From an uncultured virus (IMG/VR IMGVR_UViG_3300048033_000643) (Duplodnaviria; Heunggongvirae; Uroviricota; Caudoviricetes; Crassvirales), in the IMG/VR virus record IMGVR_UViG_3300048033_000643: a stretch of DNA of 64,000 nt, one strand, 5' to 3'. Below the pieces are notes generated by a model. It saw only the letters and a list, made by a program, of their open reading frames with translations. It made no database searches and was not told the origin of the DNA. The first letter of the stretch is position 1. Each line of letters opens with the position of its first letter. A program made the position numbers and the translations under genes. Positions 9,301 through 17,447 of this stretch are shown one piece after another.

Positions 9301-11499
9301 TCTAATTTGCATATAAAGCCCCGCTAACTGATTAGAATCAGTAGGAGCCTCGCCCTCAAGTTCTAAAAAATTTGATGATTCAGCGCTAACATCTAACACT
9401 TGACATGTGACCTCTCTATTCAGCGGCCCACTTGCGTCAGTTTTAACAATTAATAAATCACCTTTCTGTACTTTGTTTTGATTATCGCCTTCTAACTTAA
9501 AGTATATAACTCTTGTTGTTTGACTTTGATAATAAAAACTAGAATATATTGTCTCATACCCTCCTTCACTTGGTTTTAAAACAAACTTATATTTTGTAGC
9601 CCATGTAGGGGGATAATTCTCTATATTAACTTTTATTTTATTTTGATCAACAGAAGCTGAAGCTGGAACAAAAGTTGTATTGAACTCTGAGACTAATACT
9701 GTAGAAGCCCTACCATAATCGTCCATATATACAATTCCTGTTTCATAATCTCTATTACTATGCAGAGAAGATGTGTCTTGACTAGAAGTAAAAGTTCCTT
9801 GACCTCTTGTAAAATAAAAATATTCATACACATCAGTCGTTCCTGAATTATACTTCATAGCTAACACTTGCAAGGAAAACACATTTGATCCTACTGTAGA
9901 TCCTATTCTAAAACCTTGTTGTGTTTGAGAATCAATACTACTGTTTGATTTAGTAAACACACAATTAGTAGGAACTATTGTAACAGTGTTAAATAAGTCT
10001 GTTAACGAATTACCTTGAGTCGATGTTGCTAAAGGTTGAAAATTAGTATTCAAAACTGTACCAATACGTTCAGCAAATTCTATTGAATTTACCATTTCAT
10101 ACACTGAAGTATAATTTCTATTTACTGGAAATATTACAGATAATTCAAATGGAGTGTTTTCAAACGCTGAGTCATAACACGCATCACCGGTATCTCCATT
10201 TAATTGAGAATGTTGTATAAATACTGTAAAAGCTAATGAAGATCCTTTGACTAATCTATTAGCAAAATCACTTAAATCAAAACTAATTTTAGAATTTTGT
10301 ACAGTTGTGTTTGTGTTAGGATTTATAGTATATACAGCTCCTGTTGACATTGTTGCCTCTGGCAAATCGTCAAATAATATATCGTTAGTAAATAACGATG
10401 TTGTAAAGTTAATAGGTATATCCTGTCCAGCTGCATTTATTATATCATACCCATCAGTATAGTTACCATAAATTAACCTATTACCCTGTATTGTTTGAGC
10501 TTGTGCAACTTTAGGAACATTGTCATATAATCTCAATAACTCATCGCTTCCTAGTACAGTATATATTTTACTGTTTGTAAAAGTATATGTTTGTTTTGAA
10601 TTATTAGCCCATCCATAGTCAGATTTTTTAAATCTTTCTATAACATAAATAGAATTACTATTACTTGGTTTAAATAATAAATCAACCTCGATAACTTTAT
10701 CTGATCCAGTTTCAAACTGTACCTCAATAGAGTTATATATATTTTTCATTGAAGCATTATTGAAATTATTCACATCAAAATCAAAAGGCCCTGGTTGAAA
10801 AGCTGCGGTAGAAAACAACGACGTTGCACTATACTCATTGTTTACATACCTATATCTATAAGCAAAAGTTATAAATCTAGTTTCTAAATAATTCTCTTCT
10901 CCAGGAATATTTAAAAACTCTATACTTGGTGCAGGTAATGTGTCTAAAGTATCAAACCCTGGCGGTTTTAAAATAACACTAATATCAGTTTCTTTAATAC
11001 CATCGTTTATCCCTGCTGGATCCGGATAGTTTTGAGTTACATTTATTTTTCTAGGAGGATTTTTGTCGTCTGTCCAAAAAAGTAAATCTTCTATCTTGTT
11101 TACTCCAGTAATTAAAAACTTAGGATCAAAGTTTAATACTTGTTTGCTAATAACATGATATGTTATAGCTTGTGATTGTACATTGAAAGAAACAATTAAA
11201 TCTAACTTGCCACCTACAACAGGATTGTTTGCATCATGAATAAACCAATAGATAGTTTCTTTTGATCCATCTTGGTAGGCTCCTATACATACAGCTGAAT
11301 TAGATAAATTTTGACCACCATAAGCTAGGGTGGTTAACTGTGTGTTACCTTTTGAATTTTCTACAGCACCTATTTCAGTGGTTTCTGTAGATCCTAATCT
11401 TACGTTAATTGCATTAACATATTGGCCTGGAGGAACAAGACGTTCATCAACGCTCTTGTTCATTTTACCCGCAACAAAATTTGTATTTACTATCGGCAT
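6331..11499 (-). CDS. tail stabilization/muzzle-like protein with a Cys-rich C-terminal extension, 1722 aa
   Basis: N-terminal NFVAGKMNKSVDERLVPPGQYVNAINVR, then FWTDDKNPPRKIN, GNRLIYGNY, FGNGVES, YGISYNPESF and GAYDPYMDEYVL motifs typical of crAss-like stabilization proteins. Confidence 0.75.
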   Translation of the reverse strand: MPIVNTNFVAGKMNKSVDERLVPPGQYVNAINVRLGSTETTEIGAVENSKGNTQLTTLAYGGQNLSNSAVCIGAYQDGSKETIYWFIHDANNPVVGGKLDLIVSFNVQSQAITYHVISKQVLNFDPKFLITGVNKIEDLLFWTDDKNPPRKINVTQNYPDPAGINDGIKETDISVILKPPGFDTLDTLPAPSIEFLNIPGEENYLETRFITFAYRYRYVNNEYSATSLFSTAAFQPGPFDFDVNNFNNASMKNIYNSIEVQFETGSDKVIEVDLLFKPSNSNSIYVIERFKKSDYGWANNSKQTYTFTNSKIYTVLGSDELLRLYDNVPKVAQAQTIQGNRLIYGNYTDGYDIINAAGQDIPINFTTSLFTNDILFDDLPEATMSTGAVYTINPNTNTTVQNSKISFDLSDFANRLVKGSSLAFTVFIQHSQLNGDTGDACYDSAFENTPFELSVIFPVNRNYTSVYEMVNSIEFAERIGTVLNTNFQPLATSTQGNSLTDLFNTVTIVPTNCVFTKSNSSIDSQTQQGFRIGSTVGSNVFSLQVLAMKYNSGTTDVYEYFYFTRGQGTFTSSQDTSSLHSNRDYETGIVYMDDYGRASTVLVSEFNTTFVPASASVDQNKIKVNIENYPPTWATKYKFVLKPSEGGYETIYSSFYYQSQTTRVIYFKLEGDNQNKVQKGDLLIVKTDASGPLNREVTCQVLDVSAESSNFLELEGEAPTDSNQLAGLYMQIRAQNFSINLDSNAVIDAGEKTASDTSRSYCTPYLQYPAFTTDSNNVTDNYTIPAQSSVKIKWRIGRHDASGCPGIDYIWENTYVSSQDYDDLHAWFQGDFINPAAGDVIDDGDGRLQNPVFINTIATSPGAVQCPAPWTPSFQFWQATPGDAASPLYLACRSGVIACANGGKTWFMEAEIVVTRANNLIVWETQPADADPNLFYDSSEAYDVIGGYHMGGNGDGDQAQTATQDAIVTLPFFNCYTFGNGVESYKVLDALDGQAVNLGERVLAVSKEDFKEADRFAELTYSGIYSSNSNLNNLNEFNLGLVNFKDLETSFGPIMKLHSRETDILVLQEDKISYVLTGKNLISDSTGGGVIASVPQVLGTQIARIEEYGISYNPESFSSWGYDMYFTDTKRTAVIKLKGTSANNDALEVISDTGMRSWFRDQFNVQLNTQKLGAYDPYMDEYVLSTNGDTVPLPPVILPCGTQKSLVNSTSAQEYTIEIGNVIGNVVFDYTISSGTMSVSMVWDGTQVASVSNATTSGSLNFNKTKNSPTTVLVTVTPNPSADYDITCNCPTETSLVVVQVGISSSEDVGKFIHNEFKWDDANVSSPVASNMMTFGSDVQIASQYFIQSGTRSIGVYPYSGSNVTVRSNKINFDDYTWVVNNDNFAWLSSNTLYDNNSTDINALLAAATTVPNSDVNSPSSGLYQATISSINLPVQNQYLYLIYDYRTTNSASFCYDASVVGDACCGCGDFCTPYLSSTVQSSIAIACVQPASQTYYHDGVNVLPSIGDTVYSSSTCDDSASSTRLQSGYYEVGSNNEWIQVNSSGVVVSNGSCAIKAFNSSVNDPQISTICTQSIDQTYYHTGANAAPQAGDFCYSDQGQTKLTDGYYRISSTEFINLNLGTGQVYAVVTCPTVTYYPFNTKQQANPQTACMYSGVLDEVYYTTTGTGPSDGAGTTIYSDNTGTVATGIVLLYSVGTNGAANVWFGTDGSGDIDGNGLQNC

Positions 11500-11500
11500 C

Positions 11501-12421
11501 TTACTTTAACCATTTATCCTGGCCTCTCAAACTCATTAAAAGGCGACCAGGGTGAATATTACTTAATCTAATTTTTGCATTTCTTAACAACGACGACTTA
11601 TCTTTCCTTGCTCTATTTACAATATATTCTTGTACCCCTAATCTACCATTTAAAAGAGAATATTTTACATAAGCATATAAATATTCTTCAAACAATTTAT
11701 TAACGCTGATGCTTCCGTCTTCACCATTCTCCATGCCATCTGAAACATACTCTACAACTACTGAAGCTCCGTTACCTATAGAGCTAAAATTAATAACTCC
11801 TCTTTGCTTGTCTATACTAAACGTTGGATTTGCGTTAGCAGTTTCAGTGTTTAAACCAAATCTTGCTCCTATTCCAAAGTCAAAATACCAACATCCATCT
11901 ACATTCCATCCTGATTGATTGTTGTATGCGCTACTTTCATTTAAATAAATAGTTTTAGCACCACTTGTAAAAGACATGTCTAGTTGTGAAAACTGTGGTT
12001 TTAATACATTGCCGTCTTGATCATATATAATCTTGGCATTATTATCTTGTAAGTATGTTGATGCCCATCCTGCTTGTATATTTTCTGTCAAAGGATATAA
12101 TACGCCATTTAAATATTGTGATATTCTTACCCAATTCACATAGTCAGAGGGTAATATAAATCTTAAATTATCATCCAAATCCATCTGCAATACTTTCACT
12201 TCTTTCATCGCATCATAATTCAATTCCTGAATTCCTCTTTTAGCATGAAATAAAACTTGGTATCTATTAAGATTATTAATTAACTCGTGATTACCTTGAT
12301 ACATTAACATGAAATTATTTACAATATCATTTAATGAAACGTACTGGTATGATCCCCAATTTTTATCCTGAGGTATTGCTCCTGAGTTTGCGTAATATGC
12401 GTAGTCATTTATATAAGCCAT
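11501..12421 (-). CDS. tail ring/tubular structural protein
   Basis: LPSDYVNWVRIS and EYVSDG motifs typical of crAss-like ring proteins; position between capsid and muzzle genes. Confidence 0.65.
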   Translation of the reverse strand: MAYINDYAYYANSGAIPQDKNWGSYQYVSLNDIVNNFMLMYQGNHELINNLNRYQVLFHAKRGIQELNYDAMKEVKVLQMDLDDNLRFILPSDYVNWVRISQYLNGVLYPLTENIQAGWASTYLQDNNAKIIYDQDGNVLKPQFSQLDMSFTSGAKTIYLNESSAYNNQSGWNVDGCWYFDFGIGARFGLNTETANANPTFSIDKQRGVINFSSIGNGASVVVEYVSDGMENGEDGSISVNKLFEEYLYAYVKYSLLNGRLGVQEYIVNRARKDKSSLLRNAKIRLSNIHPGRLLMSLRGQDKWLK

Positions 12422-12424
12422 ATC

Positions 12425-13420
12425 TTACGTTTGTATTTGGTTGTTATTAACTTCTTCTTGTTTACCAAACTGATAAACATCTCCTTCTCTAATCTCTATA
12501 CCTATATATTGACATATTTTAGCTACAATCCCAGGTTCGTCTGATGAAGGCAATTCAAAGTCTTGATAATCCGCTTGATTAATGTCAAATAATGGCTCAC
12601 CAGAACTAAGTGTTTGGTATGTCCATTTAGGCGATAAAGGGTATCTAATATATTCAGCTGTTACACTTCCGTTATTTGTTATTGTTGTAGGGTAAACTGT
12701 AATCGTGTTACCTAGCTGACCAGTGTTTGCATCACCAATAACAGACGTAGTTGCTCCTCCTAACACATAAGCCGGGAAACCTGTAGATGGTGCAGTAAGC
12801 GGTGAATTGTTTAAATAAAATATCTTATTCTGATTAACTCTTTCAACTTCAACAATACCTGTTGTATTAAATATACCATAACCATTTCCTATAGTTGCTG
12901 CCACTCCAAAAGGCGAGTATGATAATGTAAGTTGAGTTTCACTATCTACACTTATAACAAACGCACTAAATCCTGAGTAACTTGATGAAGCCGTAGTATT
13001 TACTACTTGTTGCCCTACCTTCACTCCGCTAGACACAAACGTAGCAGTCGTATCTGTTAATGTATTTAAACCTGCCGCAGTGCTTGTTCCTGATGTTATT
13101 TGTGTTGGGAAGTAGTTTACTTTATTAATTAAATAATAATCACTAGGTAAATTAAATAAATTAGCTCCTTGTTGAGCTAAACTTCTAGTAACTGAAAAAC
13201 TATCAATTACTTCAACCAATCCTTTTACAATATCAGCATATCCTGTTCCTGAAAGTCTTTGGTTTTCTTTATTAGTCCACGCATTGTATTGATAAAAATA
13301 ATCTTCAAACAAGTCCATTTGCGCTTGTTGCGCATATAAATTAAAGTCTTGAGGAGAGATATATCCGTAATTATTTTTATTAGCAATAGCTAAAACAGTA
13401 TTTCTAACCGAGTTAATCAT
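12425..13420 (-). CDS. head-tail adaptor/ring structural protein
   Basis: NKNNYGYISPQDFNLYAQQAQ...YIRYP..PKW...DFELP motifs; gene position. Confidence 0.65.
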   Translation of the reverse strand: MINSVRNTVLAIANKNNYGYISPQDFNLYAQQAQMDLFEDYFYQYNAWTNKENQRLSGTGYADIVKGLVEVIDSFSVTRSLAQQGANLFNLPSDYYLINKVNYFPTQITSGTSTAAGLNTLTDTTATFVSSGVKVGQQVVNTTASSSYSGFSAFVISVDSETQLTLSYSPFGVAATIGNGYGIFNTTGIVEVERVNQNKIFYLNNSPLTAPSTGFPAYVLGGATTSVIGDANTGQLGNTITVYPTTITNNGSVTAEYIRYPLSPKWTYQTLSSGEPLFDINQADYQDFELPSSDEPGIVAKICQYIGIEIREGDVYQFGKQEEVNNNQIQT

Positions 13421-13435
13421 GTTAAATTCTTTTTA

Positions 13436-13443
13436 CAAATATA
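13436..13443 (-). promoter_or_regulatory. -7 promoter box TATATTTG
   Basis: TAnnTTTG match upstream of the 13420 start. Confidence 0.55.
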
Positions 13444-13446
13444 GTC

Positions 13447-13479
13447 AAAAAAAAAGAGGTCACTTTTTTTGTAACCTCT
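13447..13479 (-). terminator. intrinsic terminator
   Basis: Minus strand stem AGAGGTTAC/GTGACCTCT followed by a T-tract. Confidence 0.7.
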
Positions 13480-13501
13480 GATTTTTAATAAGTAAAAAAA
13501 C

Positions 13502-13918
13502 TTATGATTGTAATGAAGCAGCTTTTACGCCTGTCACAATCGCAGTGATCTTAGACGGTGGAGTACCAGATGCAGCACTTTTAGGATAACCTCCTGGTGT
13601 GTAAACTGGTTGTTGCCATGAAAGCTTAAGCGATGTTTCTACCGCATCATTTAAGAAATCTTTCCATAAATGAGAATTAGCCACAATTGCATCATGAGTA
13701 ATTTCTAAAGACTGCACTACGTTAGTTTCAGCTGGTACTGTAGCTGAACCATCATTTTGAATAGCATATCCTGCTTGTGCAGAAGAAATACTATTGTAAA
13801 AAATGTTAACTTTTGTTGTGCTTTCTTGTTTAATCTCCACGATTCCGTTCACGGGGATTAGTTTATATCCAGCATCTTGTCCAACGCCTGATATAAGTAG
13901 TTTAATAAATTTTTCCAT
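13502..13918 (-). CDS. hypothetical protein, possibly capsid-associated; likely start MEKFIK at 13918
   Basis: ORF in the structural operon; a promoter box at 13949-13956 argues against the longer 13951 start. Confidence 0.6.
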   Translation of the reverse strand: MEKFIKLLISGVGQDAGYKLIPVNGIVEIKQESTTKVNIFYNSISSAQAGYAIQNDGSATVPAETNVVQSLEITHDAIVANSHLWKDFLNDAVETSLKLSWQQPVYTPGGYPKSAASGTPPSKITAIVTGVKAASLQS

Positions 13919-13962
13919 AGGTAATAATGTTAATGGGTTAATAAAGCACAAAGATACGCTTT

Positions 13963-14718
13963 CTATTTATCTTTTTTTAAGCGTTTCTTCAAGAACTTGT
14001 AAGCTTCTAAACCATTGTCACTTTGCATATATGACGTAACGACTCCTATAGGTTCCTCATTAAAAGGTATCGTTAACATTTTCTTTTTATTACTTGGTAA
14101 GTTAAAGTAAACATCTCTTTGATTATTTCTAAATGATAACCAGTTGTTGTCAAAAAACAAATGCACTTCGTTTTGCATTTCCAATAAAGGATCATTGACA
14201 ACCTCTATTAAGTCTTCAGGATTGTTTTTAGCATACACTAAAATATCTCTTTTTAATTCAGGAATAGTTAAAGTATCAACAGACGCTCCCATTAAAATTC
14301 TAGATACAGAAAGTAATTTATCTGTACTTAAATTTTTAGCTAAGATTTGAGCATCTAATTCTAACTCTACCGAAACAAGCTCTTGTGATGCATCTTTAGC
14401 TCTATCAATTTCTTCAAATATCATTCCGTTTCCAGGATGATAATGTAAAAATTGTTGTAATACTTGGTTTTCTCTTTGCACAACCAACATACCATCTTCA
14501 AACACAATAGGTTCTAGAATAGCATTACCATCTTGTTCGTCTTCAAAAGGGCTTTTTTGGTTTCTTGCATATCTTAAAGGCCTGTTTACACCTTGATCTT
14601 CGTCAAAGTATAATAAAGGTGATCTTACAGAATGTCTTGAGGATAGCATATAAGATAAAGGTCTTTCACTTCTTTTTAATTTATACGCTTTATTTTTAAG
14701 GGTAGTATTTTTTTTCAT
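13963..14718 (-). CDS. hypothetical phage protein downstream of the major capsid gene
   Basis: 251-aa ORF with LRYARNQKSPFEDEQ; follows the MCP. Confidence 0.65.
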   Translation of the reverse strand: MKKNTTLKNKAYKLKRSERPLSYMLSSRHSVRSPLLYFDEDQGVNRPLRYARNQKSPFEDEQDGNAILEPIVFEDGMLVVQRENQVLQQFLHYHPGNGMIFEEIDRAKDASQELVSVELELDAQILAKNLSTDKLLSVSRILMGASVDTLTIPELKRDILVYAKNNPEDLIEVVNDPLLEMQNEVHLFFDNNWLSFRNNQRDVYFNLPSNKKKMLTIPFNEEPIGVVTSYMQSDNGLEAYKFLKKRLKKDK

Positions 14719-14750
14719 TATAATATAATTTAATTTGATTTAATAATAAT

Positions 14751-14787
14751 AAATATTACCCCCGTCTTTAAAACGAGGGTAAAATTT
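14751..14787 (-). terminator. hairpin/terminator after the major capsid gene
   Basis: Imperfect inverted repeat TTACCCCCGT/ACGAGGGTAA with AT-rich flanks, just past the MCP stop. Confidence 0.55.
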
Positions 14788-14797
14788 ATGTAACAAT

Positions 14798-16246
14798 TTA
14801 GTCTTGGAATAAGAAGAAGTTGTTTGCACCTAAAGTACATACAGCTCTTTCAGATAGGAAGTTTACTTCCATTGCATCCAAGTCAGAAGTTCTTGCTCCA
14901 CCGGCTGAACCAGTAATCCAAGTTTTGTATCTTCTGTCTTCAGTTTCTGAAGCTCTATATCTAACATGTAAGAAAGGTCTCTTAGCATTCTTACCTAAGA
15001 TTTGATCGTATACAGTAGTTGAACCAGCTGGTACTAATAGACCATTGATTGCTCCACCAACAACGTCACCTCTCATTGTAGGATCGTTAAGGTATTTCCA
15101 GTCAGACTTATAGAAGTCATAACCTCTTCTAAATCCTGTAAATCCAAGATTTAAAGCCATGTCTTTGTCATTGTCAAAAAGACCATAAGATGTACCTCCC
15201 GCTCCGTAAGAGTTTTGAGAAGCAAGCATATCGTCAATATCAAAAGAAAATTCTCTGTTTACGAAAATTACGTTTTCTTCAATTGAACCTTGCTTATCTA
15301 GTCTTTGGATAATGCTATCAAACTGAGAAAGTGTTTGTGGATTTCCTCCGCCCCAAACGTTTCCTCTGTTTCCTACTACATAGAATACACCGTCAGAACC
15401 GTTAAGGTTTGCTAAAGATGCTCCAGCACCAGAATTTTGTAAGAAGTCTCCAGCACCAGATCCAGCGTCAGCAGGAACTGCTTCTAACATTGCTGTTTCT
15501 AAATAGTCTTCGAATCTTAATCTAGTGTCATGCTCAGACTTTAAATACCATAAGTATCCGTTTACTCCGTCTTCACCTGAAACCTCAATCCATCCGATTT
15601 GAGCCATATCAGAACCAGAAACAGAATATTTGTCTTTGATAATAATTGGCTTGTTGTCGAAAATTAAGTCATCAGATTCGTTAGAACCAACCATTCCGTT
15701 TGTTCCTTTATTAAATTCTGATCCATATATAAATATATCACACTCTGCTGTGTTGCCCATTGCTTGACCGCCAGCTTCATAGTAAGCTATCACGACTGTT
15801 TGAGCTCCACCTGCTGCCGATGCTGTTTTTACAATACCTTTGTTAGATAAATTAGAACCAGGAGTTTTGTCGCTGATCATAACTGTTTGTCCAACTCTTA
15901 AAGCTGATGTGTTTTGTGATCCTAGCGCTGGATTAAAATTAGCGTTAGGAATAGTCCAAGTACCTTCTACAGCAGCTGCTGCTTGACCTGAAGTACATCC
16001 TGTGTACTTAATGTGTAGTCTTCCTTGTTCTGCCCATTTAATAAGGTCAGAGTTAGAAGGCATTTCTGCACCAACCATTCTAAGGAAAGATGCAATTGTT
16101 CTGTTACCATATCTTTCGAATTCTTTTTCATAAGTATCAGGTAGATACTGATTTAAGAAATCAAAATTATTGATGTAGTTTGTACTTACAGGCACTTGTT
16201 GTGCACTTGGTTGTAAGTCAAAACCTGGGGTTAAATTTACTGCCAT
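14798..16246 (-). CDS. major capsid protein
   Basis: 482 aa; QYLPDTYEKEFERYGNR, WAEQGRLH, LGFTGFRRGYDFYKSDWKYLND, FLSERAVCTLGANNF; follows portal and scaffold. Confidence 0.85.
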   Translation of the reverse strand: MAVNLTPGFDLQPSAQQVPVSTNYINNFDFLNQYLPDTYEKEFERYGNRTIASFLRMVGAEMPSNSDLIKWAEQGRLHIKYTGCTSGQAAAAVEGTWTIPNANFNPALGSQNTSALRVGQTVMISDKTPGSNLSNKGIVKTASAAGGAQTVVIAYYEAGGQAMGNTAECDIFIYGSEFNKGTNGMVGSNESDDLIFDNKPIIIKDKYSVSGSDMAQIGWIEVSGEDGVNGYLWYLKSEHDTRLRFEDYLETAMLEAVPADAGSGAGDFLQNSGAGASLANLNGSDGVFYVVGNRGNVWGGGNPQTLSQFDSIIQRLDKQGSIEENVIFVNREFSFDIDDMLASQNSYGAGGTSYGLFDNDKDMALNLGFTGFRRGYDFYKSDWKYLNDPTMRGDVVGGAINGLLVPAGSTTVYDQILGKNAKRPFLHVRYRASETEDRRYKTWITGSAGGARTSDLDAMEVNFLSERAVCTLGANNFFLFQD

Positions 16247-16266
16247 TGTTTTTTAATTTTTTTAGT

Positions 16267-17397
16267 TTAACTTTTTTTAATACTTCTAATTCTGAGTCCT
16301 CTTCCACTATCTGTATTTCCAACTGGCCTTATTTTCATACCGTCTTTTGAAACGGCTTGTGGAGCCTGTCTCATATCCATATTAATGTTTTTAGATTTTC
16401 TAGTAACATTGTCTACGGCATTTGAAACACCTTGTTCGTAAAAATACTGAGCAAACTTATCAGGGTTCATGGCAACAGATAAAGCTTTGTGATAACCTTT
16501 AGCGTCTGACATTAAACCTTTTTCATCCGTATACTTATTAATAAAATTACCAATGTCTTTTTGAACATTTTTAACCTCATCAGCTGTGCCCGGCTTGTAA
16601 GTAAAATTATTTTCACCAACTTTGAAATCAAAACCTTTGAAATCATTGTTAAAAACCTCGTTGGTTTTATTTAAGAAATAATCATACCTCTTTTTGTTTT
16701 GCTCTTTAACAGTTTTAGATTCATCAAGATAACTCTTATAAGCATTTAAATTTTCTTTTTGATCAGCAGATAATCCATCCCCACTTGACTCAAGAGGAAC
16801 TTTATATTTATCTTTTTGTTCATTCAAAAACTTTTTCGCTTTCGCAAGTTCTCGTTTTTTCGCTAACTTAATCTTCTTAATATCTTTTGGATCGTCAATT
16901 TCTTCATCGAAATCAAACTTATCTTCAATAATATCTTGAATATCTATTGCGTCTAACCCTTCTTCAGTGTTAGAGTAATAGTTAGCAAGTACAGAATTGT
17001 CATCCATAGAATCATAGTCTTTTTGCAAATTGTAAAAATCCTGTATGTTTCTACCGGTTTCTTTTTTGTACTTTAAATACGCAGATACATCTTCAGGTAA
17101 TGGTTCGTTTGCCTCTTTTTCCGCAAACAGTTCGTCAACTGAATTTATATCTTTGTTATATCTATCTTTAATATAAGAAAGAACGTTGTCATCATTTAAC
17201 TCTAATGACGGAGTTTTATCTTCTACAGGTTCAGTTTTTTCTAACTGAACAGGTTTGTTAGTGTTAACTTTTTCCGCAACTTGTTCTTGTTGTGGAGTAT
17301 CTTCAAACTTTTCTTCATGCTTTTTTAAAAGTTGCTCTTCAACTTCAGCACGGGATTTTTCTTCAACCAATCCAAGGTCTTTGACTTTTATTTCCAT
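16267..17397 (-). CDS. capsid scaffolding protein
   Basis: Acidic helical protein between portal and MCP. Confidence 0.65.
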   Translation of the reverse strand: MEIKVKDLGLVEEKSRAEVEEQLLKKHEEKFEDTPQQEQVAEKVNTNKPVQLEKTEPVEDKTPSLELNDDNVLSYIKDRYNKDINSVDELFAEKEANEPLPEDVSAYLKYKKETGRNIQDFYNLQKDYDSMDDNSVLANYYSNTEEGLDAIDIQDIIEDKFDFDEEIDDPKDIKKIKLAKKRELAKAKKFLNEQKDKYKVPLESSGDGLSADQKENLNAYKSYLDESKTVKEQNKKRYDYFLNKTNEVFNNDFKGFDFKVGENNFTYKPGTADEVKNVQKDIGNFINKYTDEKGLMSDAKGYHKALSVAMNPDKFAQYFYEQGVSNAVDNVTRKSKNINMDMRQAPQAVSKDGMKIRPVGNTDSGRGLRIRSIKKS

Positions 17398-17413
17398 TTA
17401 ATTAAATTTTATA

Positions 17414-17421
17414 CAAAGTTA
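17414..17421 (-). promoter_or_regulatory. -7 promoter box TAACTTTG for scaffold/MCP
   Basis: TAnnTTTG match in the intergenic gap. Confidence 0.55.
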
Positions 17422-17447
17422 AACAATATTTATATTATTTTTTTAGC